The notes beneath the pieces were generated by a model. It did no database searches and was not told the origin of the DNA. It saw only the letters and a program-made list of their open reading frames with translations. A stretch of 61,155 nt of DNA from a virus (lineage: Duplodnaviria > Caudoviricetes), in the IMG/VR virus record IMGVR_UViG_3300043395_003109, positions 1 through 61,155 of that record; one strand, given 5' to 3'. Both the position numbers and the translations under genes were made by a program. Shown here in pieces: positions 17,819 to 26,677 of the stretch (its first letter is position 1; every line of letters starts with the position of its first letter).

Positions 17819-18712
17819 ATGCAAAACAAACACATCGAACATCCAGAAGATACCATCTTGACTGGTGATCTTTCGGTGTTAGATTGGTTCACTGCTGATT
17901 CTTATGTCAGCGTAAAGATTGATGGTGCTCCTGCTATTGTGTGGGGTCGCAATCCTGCTAACGGTAAGTTCTTTGTTGGAACAAAAAGTGTCTTCAACAA
18001 AGTAAAAATCAAAATCAATCATTCTCACGATGAAATTGATCAGAACCACGAAGGTAAAGTTGCGTCTATTCTTCACGCTTGCTTTGATAGTCTACCTCGC
18101 ACAAATTATGTCTATCAAGGTGATTTTATCGGTTTTGGTGGTGATGATACTTATCGCCCCAATACGATCACTTACAAGTTCCCTGAGGTGATTGAGCAAA
18201 GTGTAATCATTGCTCCTCATACTGAGTATGAATGTGAGGATGATCTTCGCAATGCTGTTGCACATCCTATCAGCAAGCAGTTCATTGATACTTTGGATGT
18301 AAAGTGGGTGCAACCTGAAGCATCTATTTGTCCTTATCGTGATGACATTGAAGACTTCTGCAAGTTTGCTAAGCAAATGAGCACACTTTGCACTTTCGTC
18401 AATGATAAACAAGCAAGAGAACTCAAAAAAGTGATCAATTCTTACATCCGCGAGGGTAGGGAGGTTGACGAACACGAAATTGCAGAAAATTATGATGTTG
18501 ACATCAACTTGATGAGATTGTGGAAACTTGTTGAGTCTATTAAGATGGATCTTTTCTGCTTCATTGAATCTTCCACTGACATTACCTGTGAGATTGATGG
18601 ACAAATCAGCGATCACGAAGGTTATGTAATGCACAATGAGTTTGGAAGTTACAAGATCGTGAACAGAGAAGAGTTCTCTTACAACAACTTTACTATCGCT
18701 AAAAACTGGTGA
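17819..18712 (+). CDS. conserved phage protein with ligase/capping-type nucleotidyltransferase motifs (DUF6267-like)
   Basis: HIEHPED; VKIDG (motif I), YQGDF (III), HEGYV (IV), YKIV (V). Confidence 0.6.
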   Translation: MQNKHIEHPEDTILTGDLSVLDWFTADSYVSVKIDGAPAIVWGRNPANGKFFVGTKSVFNKVKIKINHSHDEIDQNHEGKVASILHACFDSLPRTNYVYQGDFIGFGGDDTYRPNTITYKFPEVIEQSVIIAPHTEYECEDDLRNAVAHPISKQFIDTLDVKWVQPEASICPYRDDIEDFCKFAKQMSTLCTFVNDKQARELKKVINSYIREGREVDEHEIAENYDVDINLMRLWKLVESIKMDLFCFIESSTDITCEIDGQISDHEGYVMHNEFGSYKIVNREEFSYNNFTIAKNW

Positions 18713-18717
18713 ATCAA

Positions 18718-19218
18718 ATGACAACTCCTGAACAAAAGTTTCAAGAACTGTTTGAGCAAATGTATCAACTCTGTGAAGAACAAGGTTGGGGCGATCCATT
18801 CTCCTATGCTCGCTCTCGTGAGATTCATCTTGCTGGTATTCTTGGACATAAAGTAGCAGAAACCTATTCTGGTGCTGATGCTGTGGATGATGATGGTGAA
18901 TGTGAGTATAAATCTACCATTGCCAATTCTATCAATGGGACGTATAATGGTATCAGTGTTCAGGATACTTGGGAAGAGCAGGAGCGTTATCTAATTGAGG
19001 AGAAACTTGGTAAATACTCTAACCACTACATTGCCCGTTATGAGGGTGGAAAAGTGGTGGAAGTGTGGAAACTCACTGGTAACGATGTGCTGATGATTCT
19101 TCTTCCAAAACTCAAGAAAGATTGGGAGCGTAAGATTCACGGTAAGCACAAAGATCCACGCCTTTCTGGTAACCTGACTAAGAAAGAAATCCAACAGTTT
19201 GGGACTCGCATTGTATGA
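18718..19218 (+). CDS. putative PD-(D/E)XK (restriction-type) endonuclease
   Basis: RSREI...GADAVDDDGECEYKS; stop overlaps MTase start. Confidence 0.6.
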   Translation: MTTPEQKFQELFEQMYQLCEEQGWGDPFSYARSREIHLAGILGHKVAETYSGADAVDDDGECEYKSTIANSINGTYNGISVQDTWEEQERYLIEEKLGKYSNHYIARYEGGKVVEVWKLTGNDVLMILLPKLKKDWERKIHGKHKDPRLSGNLTKKEIQQFGTRIV

Positions 19219-19769
19219 CGCTTGATAGTGGAAAACTGATGTATTCTGAGGGTAACAATGACGAATGTTATACTCCTCCATACGGTGTAACTCCGATTCT
19301 CAAGTACATTCCCAAAGATGCAAAAGTTTGGTGTCCATTTGATACTGCAGAGAGTGAGTTTGTAAAGCAAATCTCTCAACAGAATAGTGTAGTTTATTCG
19401 CATATCAGTGAAGGTAAAGATTTTTTCACCTATGAACCACTCCATTGGGATGTAATTGTATCCAATCCACCATTCACAAACAAGCGTAAGTTCTTTGAGC
19501 GAGCATTGTCATTTGGGAAACCATTTGCTCTCATTATGACTAACACTTGGTTGAATGATAGTGCTCCCAAGCAGTTGTTCAAGGATAAGGACTTGCAACT
19601 GCTGATGTTTGATAAGCGGATGAAGTTTCATAGTCCTGATGGTCGTCCAAATGACAAGATTACCTTCAGTTCTAGTTACTATTGCTGGAACTTTCTTCCC
19701 AAACAAATTATTATGGAAGAACTGCAAGTTCCCAAGAGTAATTCTATCGCAAGACTCCCTATTGATTGA
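19215..19769 (+). CDS. small DNA N6-adenine methyltransferase
   Basis: DECYTP, WCPFD, DFF, IVSNPPF. Confidence 0.8.
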   Translation: MTLDSGKLMYSEGNNDECYTPPYGVTPILKYIPKDAKVWCPFDTAESEFVKQISQQNSVVYSHISEGKDFFTYEPLHWDVIVSNPPFTNKRKFFERALSFGKPFALIMTNTWLNDSAPKQLFKDKDLQLLMFDKRMKFHSPDGRPNDKITFSSSYYCWNFLPKQIIMEELQVPKSNSIARLPID

Positions 19770-19774
19770 CATCT

Positions 19775-19782
19775 TATAAATA
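19775..19782 (+). promoter_or_regulatory. T4-type late promoter
   Basis: TATAAATA 19 nt before ATG 19802. Confidence 0.75.
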
Positions 19783-19801
19783 CTCAAAAAGTATTCGTAA
19801 A

Positions 19802-20434
19802 ATGGCAAAGGATCAAACTGTAGTAGGAATCACTGGTAAACCTGTTCCCAAACCAAGAACTGCTAAACAACAGTATGAACTTGAGAAGAAGAGAAGAATG
19901 GAAAAGCATCTTGGTAAGAATGTTGGTGGAACACAATACAAATCTGATGTAAATCCATATTACAATCCAAGAGCAAGAACTTTTAGAGAGTTTCTAGAAC
20001 TTACTGAAAAGTTTTCAATGGCAGCAGATACATCAAAACCACAATCACCCAAACCAACAGCACTTCCAAAAAGTCGTGAAGCAAATGTTGGAAAACACGA
20101 TGATTGGAAAGATAAACCATCGACAGAATGGGGTGACAGACCAACTGCAGGTAAAAAGTTAAAATCAAGAGCAAGTGCAGTTGTTGGCACTCAAAAGAGA
20201 CAAGATGTAGAAACTGGTGTAAGGGAAGAGTATGTAGATGAAGCAAAAGTAGAAGCAGGAAAAAGTAAAGAAGAGAAAAGAGCAATCAGAACTGCAAGAA
20301 GTGGTTTAACTGGTCCTCACGCAGATTATGAAAGACGTGGAGCACATAGAACTGCAGATGAAAGAAGAAAAGATTTAGCAGACATCAGAAAAGGGAAGAA
20401 AAAGGATAGTTCACACTTCAGTTACCTTCCCTGA
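19802..20434 (+). CDS. basic late protein with internal CTS-like motif
   Basis: MAKDQTVVG...RTFREFLELTE...EEYVDEAK. Confidence 0.6.
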   Translation: MAKDQTVVGITGKPVPKPRTAKQQYELEKKRRMEKHLGKNVGGTQYKSDVNPYYNPRARTFREFLELTEKFSMAADTSKPQSPKPTALPKSREANVGKHDDWKDKPSTEWGDRPTAGKKLKSRASAVVGTQKRQDVETGVREEYVDEAKVEAGKSKEEKRAIRTARSGLTGPHADYERRGAHRTADERRKDLADIRKGKKKDSSHFSYLP

Positions 20435-20436
20435 GT

Positions 20437-20495
20437 GTTCCAGTTGAAAAGGTGTCCACAGACCCACCCAGAAGCGTCTGTGGCACCCTTATACT
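20437..20495 (+). promoter_or_regulatory. palindrome-promoter element copy 6
   Basis: GTTCCA-gttgaaaagg-TGTCCA; TATACT at +53. Confidence 0.6.
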
Positions 20496-20791
20496 AACTT
20501 TGTTGAGTCAAACCACCCAACCTTAATTGATTATGTCAACTGGTGTTTTCTTCTTGATTGGTTACTGTATGGGAGCAGGAAATGTTTTCCTGATTCAGTA
20601 TCTGTCTCGGAAAGGTGTTATTTGATTATGAACAATTATCGTCTTCTGGTTGAGTATCGAGTTCCCAACAGTGCAGAGACTTACTATGAAGAGAAGTTCA
20701 TTCAGTCTCGTTCATCTTGTGGTAAAATCGCTGATGATTACCTAGCACAAGATCGCACAAATCTTATTCGTTCCGTTGAAGTTACCCCTGT

Positions 20792-20983
20792 TTGATTATG
20801 AACACTGGTTATACTCTCAACCGCGTTAAGTTCACAAAGAATGAAGAAACTTGTATTCTTCGTTTGTTGCGTGAAGCAGTGCATCCTGAATGTGACAAAG
20901 AATGGTATCCAGTAATTAACTCTATCATTCAAAAGTATTACGATTCTGACATTAAAGAAGCACAGGAGTTTCAAACACTATGA
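20792..20983 (+). CDS. hypothetical protein
   Basis: ~61-63-aa ORF. Confidence 0.6.
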   Translation: MIMNTGYTLNRVKFTKNEETCILRLLREAVHPECDKEWYPVINSIIQKYYDSDIKEAQEFQTL

Positions 20984-21119
20984 AATACGAAGTTCAACTC
21001 TACGTTGGTGGCAAAGTCTTCAAAGAGGAAGTGTATGCTAACTCTCCAAAAGATGCCCGCGAAACTGCACAAGCACGCAATCCTACAGCAAAAGTTATGG
21101 GAGTGAACGCAACTTTCAA

Positions 21120-21374
21120 ATGACTTACTCTAATCTCTCAAAGATTCGTCCTAAATTGAGGACTCAAGGTAACATCACAGGCAACTTTGGCAAACCAAAA
21201 TCGAAAGGTGGTTCTTCACTCAATGACATTGGTGGTGATGGTAACATTGGTGCAACACAAAATGAATATCTGAATCGACTGTATTATGCTTTTGATAACA
21301 CTACCGAACCTAAACTTCGTCAGTTCATTTATCAGGAGATCAAAAAGATCCTCATTCAACAAAACAAATGGTGA
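21120..21374 (+). CDS. conserved hypothetical protein
   Basis: 84 aa; stop inside copy 7. Confidence 0.7.
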   Translation: MTYSNLSKIRPKLRTQGNITGNFGKPKSKGGSSLNDIGGDGNIGATQNEYLNRLYYAFDNTTEPKLRQFIYQEIKKILIQQNKW

Positions 21375-21455
21375 CACTTCTACAAGTGGCACAGTAAATG
21401 AGCACAGTGCTCAAAATGATGTATTCTTAAGAAGTTCAAGGGATTTCACCCAATG
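21371..21455 (+). promoter_or_regulatory. palindrome-promoter element copy 7 with conserved leader
   Basis: GTGACA-cttctacaag-TGGCAC; TATTCT at +51; leader TAAGAAGTTCAAGGGATTTCACCCAATG. Confidence 0.8.
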
Positions 21456-21896
21456 ACAACTGCTTTCGTTGATTTTCCTGCTCAACAACAAGCAAAGCAA
21501 CAAATTGCTGAGAATGTTGTTAAGTACACTCAAATGCTGATTGAAGCACTCAAACAGAATTATGTTGAGTATGCTATTCGCGGACATCAAAAGTTTATGA
21601 ATGATGCTGATACCCAAGAGTATCATCAGCGCAAGATTGAAGAACTGAAGAATGGTGATTGTCCGATTGATTATGTGATTGAATCTGGTAAAAAGTATCA
21701 CAAAGTTGTATTTGTTGATGGTGGTGGATCTCGTTCGGTTCATTGCTTCATCGACAAGCAAACTGGAGAAGTTTATAAATCTGCTACTTGGAAAGCACCT
21801 GCTAAAGGTGTTCGTTATGATCTGCGATTGATTACTGATCGTGAATATGTGCTTGAGAATTGCGATTGGTCGGGAGGATATTTGTACGCTCGTTGA
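21453..21896 (+). CDS. conserved hypothetical phage protein
   Basis: GKKYHKV...SVHCFIDKQTGEVYKSATWKAPAKGVRY. Confidence 0.8.
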   Translation: MTTAFVDFPAQQQAKQQIAENVVKYTQMLIEALKQNYVEYAIRGHQKFMNDADTQEYHQRKIEELKNGDCPIDYVIESGKKYHKVVFVDGGGSRSVHCFIDKQTGEVYKSATWKAPAKGVRYDLRLITDREYVLENCDWSGGYLYAR

Positions 21897-21913
21897 TATA
21901 AACTAAGAGAGGT

Positions 21914-21998
21914 GTGCCAGTTTGATTTCTGGCACACGCTCTGGTTTCCTGACCCAAAATCGTGTATTCTTAAGAAGTTCAAGGGATCGCACCCAATG
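21914..21998 (+). promoter_or_regulatory. palindrome-promoter element copy 8 with conserved leader
   Basis: GTGCCA-gtttgatttc-TGGCAC; TATTCT at +51. Confidence 0.8.
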
Positions 21999-22244
21999 AT
22001 CGAGTTTCCCACACTTCAGTCAAAGGATGGAACAATGCTCGTGGGATTCTATCCCATTGAAGATTGCTCCACTCACACTCTCAAGATTCTTTCTTGGAAG
22101 GGTGTTGATACAATCTCCCGCAAGTGCATCAGCAAGAAAGATGCAATCCGTGAGATTGATGAACGTCTCGCACTTGATTATATGATCACTGGTGATAACA
22201 TTGATCTGGTTCAAGAGTACAACTTTATGCAAGGTGCAGTTTGA
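21996..22244 (+). CDS. hypothetical protein
   Basis: ATG 21996 ends the repeated leader (MIEFPTLQSK...). Confidence 0.7.
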   Translation: MIEFPTLQSKDGTMLVGFYPIEDCSTHTLKILSWKGVDTISRKCISKKDAIREIDERLALDYMITGDNIDLVQEYNFMQGAV

Positions 22245-22389
22245 TTATGCTTACTCCTAACGACATTCAGAACATTCTGACCTTGATTGATTTTCACGAT
22301 GATTGGGATGAAGTCAAAGAAGTGTGGGGGTTTGATTTAGAACCTCTTCACAACAAATTGTGTGATATGCTTACCCATTCCTCCGAAGG

Positions 22390-22629
22390 TTGATGAGAAC
22401 TTTAACACTGCAAGTTACTGAAGTTTCGTTTGATTTTGATGATCAAGACTTCAGTGTTGATGAACAACAATCTGTGATAGATTCTGTTGTTGGTAATGTC
22501 TTTGAGGTTGAAGTTGATGATGACGATGATGATGAAAACATCGCTCAAGTATTAGTCGAAGAGGTGACAGATTACACTGGTTGGTGTGTCTGCGGTCTTG
22601 ATTTCGTTCACGTTCTTAACACTCACTGA
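22390..22629 (+). CDS. acidic hypothetical protein
   Basis: 79 aa; ...TDYTGWCV. Confidence 0.7.
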   Translation: MMRTLTLQVTEVSFDFDDQDFSVDEQQSVIDSVVGNVFEVEVDDDDDDENIAQVLVEEVTDYTGWCVCGLDFVHVLNTH

Positions 22630-22632
22630 ACA

Positions 22633-22866
22633 ATGATTCTCTACATTCCTGAAGGTCACGGTTGCGCCTATTCTATTGATTCGGAAGGTGCAATGTATTA
22701 CACTCCACTTCTTGAAGGTGGAACACTCTATCTGGAGGAAACTGCAGAAGTAGATTTTGACAATCTAGAAAGCGTTGAAGGTATTTGTTATGAACCAGAG
22801 TTGCAAGAGATTCAAGATAAATTGATTGCAATGAACAAATCTGCAGGTTTTTATTTTCAAAAATGA
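22633..22866 (+). CDS. hypothetical protein
   Basis: 77 aa. Confidence 0.65.
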   Translation: MILYIPEGHGCAYSIDSEGAMYYTPLLEGGTLYLEETAEVDFDNLESVEGICYEPELQEIQDKLIAMNKSAGFYFQK

Positions 22867-23120
22867 TTTCCCTTCCTAACTTCACAAACAAAATGGAACT
22901 TACTCAAGATCAGTACGATAAACTGCTTGCCAACTATGTTGAGCAGTTGGTTGATGGAATGGATTTAGACAGTTTGGTTCAGTTTGTATCTGAACAAATT
23001 GAAATGAATCTGCGTGAAAGTTGCTCAACTCCAGATGAATTGATCGAAGAGATTTCACAGTTCTATGATGAGGATTATGTGAATGAAATGCTAGAAAGTG
23101 TAGTAAATGTGGACAGTTGA
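22863..23120 (+). CDS. acidic hypothetical protein
   Basis: 85 aa; stop inside copy 9. Confidence 0.7.
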   Translation: MISLPNFTNKMELTQDQYDKLLANYVEQLVDGMDLDSLVQFVSEQIEMNLRESCSTPDELIEEISQFYDEDYVNEMLESVVNVDS

Positions 23121-23194
23121 ATAAGTGGCACAGTAAATGAGCACAGCGTCCAAAATCGTGTATTCTATAGAAGTTCAAGGGATTTCACCCAATG
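23110..23194 (+). promoter_or_regulatory. palindrome-promoter element copy 9 with conserved leader
   Basis: TGGACA-gttgaataag-TGGCAC; TATTCT at +51. Confidence 0.8.
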
Positions 23195-23431
23195 GATCGC
23201 AAGTTTCATCCCATCAGCATCGAAGATCGTGAGATGTTTGCTTACAATGCAAACTATCAGCAGCGTAAGCAACAACAACTTGATGCAGTTGCTCCCGAAT
23301 TGCGTATCAAGTATTGCTTTGAGTTTCTCAAAGGTTATGTTGCTGAAGGTGACGATCTGATGGCAGGTCGTTGTTACGATGGTATCGCAAAGTACAGTGA
23401 CAAACTTGACTGGTCCGAATCACACTTCTGA
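23192..23431 (+). CDS. hypothetical protein
   Basis: 79 aa, follows leader. Confidence 0.7.
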   Translation: MDRKFHPISIEDREMFAYNANYQQRKQQQLDAVAPELRIKYCFEFLKGYVAEGDDLMAGRCYDGIAKYSDKLDWSESHF

Positions 23432-23434
23432 ACA

Positions 23435-23623
23435 ATGAACACTGCATTTGTCTCTCCTAAGAGTAAGAAAGCAAAGAACCGATTCTGTAACTTGATGCAA
23501 TCAGAATCGGAGTGTATTGTTGAACAACAGAAAGGTGATCGTGTATTTTTACGTTCACTGAATGGAAAGAACTTTTTCTGGGTTAATCTCAACAACGATT
23601 CTGATTGGAGCATTGAACTGTGA
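23435..23623 (+). CDS. conserved hypothetical protein
   Basis: PKSKKAKNRFCNLM. Confidence 0.7.
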   Translation: MNTAFVSPKSKKAKNRFCNLMQSESECIVEQQKGDRVFLRSLNGKNFFWVNLNNDSDWSIEL

Positions 23624-23823
23624 CTGAAACTCAAGAAAAACTGATTCGCAGCATTGAACAACAACTTGAGAATCTAATGTTGTTGGATGATGACCTTGCT
23701 TATCAGTACGAATGTGAATTGTATTATGATTGCAATGAGGATGAAGAACCAGTCCCCATTGTAGAAAACTTCACGCCCGAACTTCTAATCGAATTGGAGA
23801 ATCTTGTTTATGAACGCAACTGA
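23620..23823 (+). CDS. acidic hypothetical protein
   Basis: 67 aa, GTGA-coupled. Confidence 0.6.
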   Translation: MTETQEKLIRSIEQQLENLMLLDDDLAYQYECELYYDCNEDEEPVPIVENFTPELLIELENLVYERN

Positions 23824-24064
23824 AACAATGAACCTCTACATTCTCAATGAAGTGCTGTATGATTACACTGATGGAATGTGTGTAATCGCTGCCGAATCTA
23901 AAGAACAGTGTAATCAAATCTTTATGGAGGAGTTTGGTCATCCTGATGATTCTGATTATTTGAAAGAACGTCGTCAAGAAGAGTTTGATTCTGCATCAGT
24001 TAAAGTTATCGAAGGTGTGAATCATCCTGCTGGTGTTGTTTCTTATGTGTATGGTGGAGGTTGA
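23804..24064 (+). CDS. hypothetical protein
   Basis: VLYDYTDGMCVIAA...SYVYGGG; exact start uncertain. Confidence 0.65.
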   Translation: MFMNATETMNLYILNEVLYDYTDGMCVIAAESKEQCNQIFMEEFGHPDDSDYLKERRQEEFDSASVKVIEGVNHPAGVVSYVYGGG

Positions 24065-24225
24065 TTATGACTGATTATGGTTTCTATTCACAACAAGAAC
24101 TCACTGAACTTGCTGATTCTGATTTATCTTTTGAGATTGCAGATACAGCACTGTTAAAGACACCAGAAGCAGATGAGTATTTGAATCAACTTATCAAAGA
24201 ATTGCAGCGTCGAAACTAATATCAT

Positions 24226-24309
24226 ATGACAGTTCACAAGGTGGCACAATAAATCTCTCCAGCGTCCAAAATCGTGTATTCTTAAGAAGTTCAAGGGATT
24301 TCACCAATG
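24226..24309 (+). promoter_or_regulatory. palindrome-promoter element copy 10 with conserved leader
   Basis: ATGACA-gttcacaagg-TGGCAC; TATTCT at +51. Confidence 0.8.
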
Positions 24310-24633
24310 ACTGCTCACTTCGCAAATCTGTTTGCTGAAAACATTGATGCTTCGGTAGGTTTTCCTACTTGGAATCGTCGTTTTAAGAGTAACAGTTTCG
24401 ATATGTATTCTCAGGAAGGAAACAACATTGAGATTCGTCATTCTGTGAATCAGGAAACAAAAGGTGATGAGTTTTCTGTGCAAGCAATGATTTATGAATA
24501 CAAAGGTTGCTGGCACGGTAATCAAATGAACTTTGGTAAGTTTAACACTTTTGCTGATGCAGTTTTCTGTGCTGAAACTACAAAACTCCCAGAAGGTAGT
24601 GTTTCTGAAACTGAAGTATTTGCGTTGAGGTGA
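24307..24633 (+). CDS. hypothetical protein
   Basis: 108 aa, follows leader. Confidence 0.7.
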   Translation: MTAHFANLFAENIDASVGFPTWNRRFKSNSFDMYSQEGNNIEIRHSVNQETKGDEFSVQAMIYEYKGCWHGNQMNFGKFNTFADAVFCAETTKLPEGSVSETEVFALR

Positions 24634-24997
24634 TCTAAAGAAATCAATGTTGAGTTTTTCATTGTTTGCATCTGTTCTTCTTCGTTATTACTTTCACCAC
24701 TGAAATGATTGAACTTCTGCTTGCTTCAACGATTGTTGGTTCAACTCAAATTGCACCAAACATTGTGCAAATTGATTATCTTACTCCCACACAACAAATC
24801 ATCACAGTATTAGATAACATTGAATTGAAAGGTGGAGAAATCGACAATGATTGAAACTGATTATTTTATTCTTCCAACTGATCTTTATGTTCAGTGTTGT
24901 AACAATGCTGAGGAATTGGATGTTTCTTTAGATTATTTTCTAATGGAGTTTTGTGAGGTTGAAAGTGAGGATGTGTTTCTCTAAAATGTAAAGAATG

Positions 24998-25081
24998 TGG
25001 ACGGTTCAAACACTGTCCACTGTTTTCACCACAGCACTCAAGATCCTGTATTCTTAAGAAGTTCAAGGGATTTCACCAATG
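24998..25081 (+). promoter_or_regulatory. palindrome-promoter element copy 11 with conserved leader
   Basis: TGGACG-gttcaaacac-TGTCCA; TATTCT at +51. Confidence 0.8.
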
Positions 25082-25393
25082 CGAAAGATCGAACTCCAGA
25101 TGAATGAAGCAATCATTCAAGAGCGTGATTGGAAATCAACAAACACCGAAGTAATTAACAATGACGGTGTATCTGAAGTCTATTTGCACAACAATCTGAT
25201 CGCAAAGATTGGTGACACTTGGATGCAACTGTTTGATGGTGGTTGGCAATCTAACACCACAAAGTCGCGTCTTAATGCACTTCTTCAAGCACACGGTGTA
25301 GGTGATGAATATATTTTCCAGAAGAACTTTGAATGGTTTATTAACTATCAAGGAGCACCACTTCCTTTCTTCTCTGGTATGCGTCTGAACTGA
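25079..25393 (+). CDS. conserved hypothetical phage protein
   Basis: MRKIE...GGWQSNTTKSRLNAL. Confidence 0.8.
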   Translation: MRKIELQMNEAIIQERDWKSTNTEVINNDGVSEVYLHNNLIAKIGDTWMQLFDGGWQSNTTKSRLNALLQAHGVGDEYIFQKNFEWFINYQGAPLPFFSGMRLN

Positions 25394-25566
25394 GTACAAC
25401 TCTTAAGTAATCCTCACTCTTCATTCCTTCAATGTTCACGATTCGTTACTTCACACCGTATCAGCAACAGTGGAGAACACAAAGTTTCTCTACACTTGAA
25501 GAGGCAAAAAGAATGGTAGATTTCTATCGTTCTTGTGGTTCACCTGCAAATCTTGTTTGAGTTATT

Positions 25567-25833
25567 ATGTACCGCACACTTTCCGAACTTCGTGATTCAA
25601 TCAACCAACTGATTGAGCGTCAAGGTGAGGACGCAGTTTGTGCTGCGTTCGTGTTCACTCAAGATGATGTATTTGAGATCGTTGGTGAAAACTGCGATGA
25701 AGTGCGTTTCTCTAAAGAACTCACAGATGATGTGCTCGCTGATGCAGGAGGTTCTGACTACATTTACGAACAGATTGGTGAGGTGATTGATGATGCAATT
25801 CGTATGCGTAAAGGTATGAAAGTTTATCAATGA
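25567..25833 (+). CDS. hypothetical protein
   Basis: 88 aa. Confidence 0.7.
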   Translation: MYRTLSELRDSINQLIERQGEDAVCAAFVFTQDDVFEIVGENCDEVRFSKELTDDVLADAGGSDYIYEQIGEVIDDAIRMRKGMKVYQ

Positions 25834-25976
25834 ACAACTTTATCATTGGAATCATCACTGGTATTGTTCTTTCTACTGTTGGGTTTCAAGGTATAGCAAA
25901 TCTTGGAAATCGTACAGTAAACACCATTGAATCGTTCGCTATTCAGTCATCACGCTAACGCTCTGTCTTCGACAAA

Positions 25977-26321
25977 ATGAACACTTCCATCTTTGATTCT
26001 TCATTCTTCGGTTACAACAATCTTCCTGATAGTATTGAGATTGATGAACACAAATTGATTCCAATCAAAGCACTGAAGTTAAGGTATGAAGATCATAGTA
26101 TGGTGAGTTCTTGTAATCTTTTCTCTGTTTCTACTATTAGATCTATTTGCTCTTTTCTTGGTATTCAATTACATCGACCAGTGAAAGGATTGTATTGTGT
26201 AGAAGAAACATATGTAAGGTTCTTTGATTATCTAAATCAGTTGAGAATTGATAAGGTGATTAGTGATTATATTTGCAGAGATGAGATTAGTATTTTGTTT
26301 GAAAGTTATGCAATTCAATGA
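25977..26321 (+). CDS. hypothetical protein, weak HTH-like segment
   Basis: 114 aa; FSVSTIRSICSFLGIQLHR. Confidence 0.55.
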   Translation: MNTSIFDSSFFGYNNLPDSIEIDEHKLIPIKALKLRYEDHSMVSSCNLFSVSTIRSICSFLGIQLHRPVKGLYCVEETYVRFFDYLNQLRIDKVISDYICRDEISILFESYAIQ

Positions 26322-26326
26322 TACAC

Positions 26327-26353
26327 AGAGAGGAGTTATTTCCTCTCTTTTTT
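26327..26353 (+). terminator. intrinsic terminator
   Basis: AGAGAGGA-GTTATT-TCCTCTCT followed by a T run. Confidence 0.8.
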
Positions 26354-26549
26354 ATTGTTTTTATGGTCAAAATAACGTTAAAAAACGTTTTTTTATTGAT
26401 TAAATGTGTTTTTAAATGTATATGCGTTGTTTAAATCATTCTCAATAAGTGTATGTTTATTGAGAATCAATAGTGTTTATTGTTGAGAATTAAGTGCTTT
26501 AATCCTCTCTATTACCTTATAAACCTTCCAGAGTCTTGTGATCTTACAG

Positions 26550-26578
26550 AGCATACACTAACGAACGCAATTTGTCAA
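26550..26578 (-). promoter_or_regulatory. minus-strand sigma70-type promoter into non-coding DNA
   Basis: Reverse complement reads TTGACA-aattgcgttcgttagtg(17)-TATGCT. Confidence 0.65.
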
Positions 26579-26648
26579 CTCCCGGGTCACAAAATCCCCA
26601 CAATCCCCGCAAAAAATACACAGACCCCGAATAAATATCCACCAGGAC

Positions 26649-26677
26649 TTGACAAGTTCTCCCAGGCATCTTATAGT
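26649..26677 (+). promoter_or_regulatory. sigma70-type promoter, divergent from the minus-strand one
   Basis: TTGACA-17-TATAGT. Confidence 0.8.

Noticed and set aside
21371-25081. Repeats as a CRISPR array
   Set aside because: Spacing is 0.5-1.2 kb, intervals contain genes, repeats include a -10 box and start codon, and there are no cas genes
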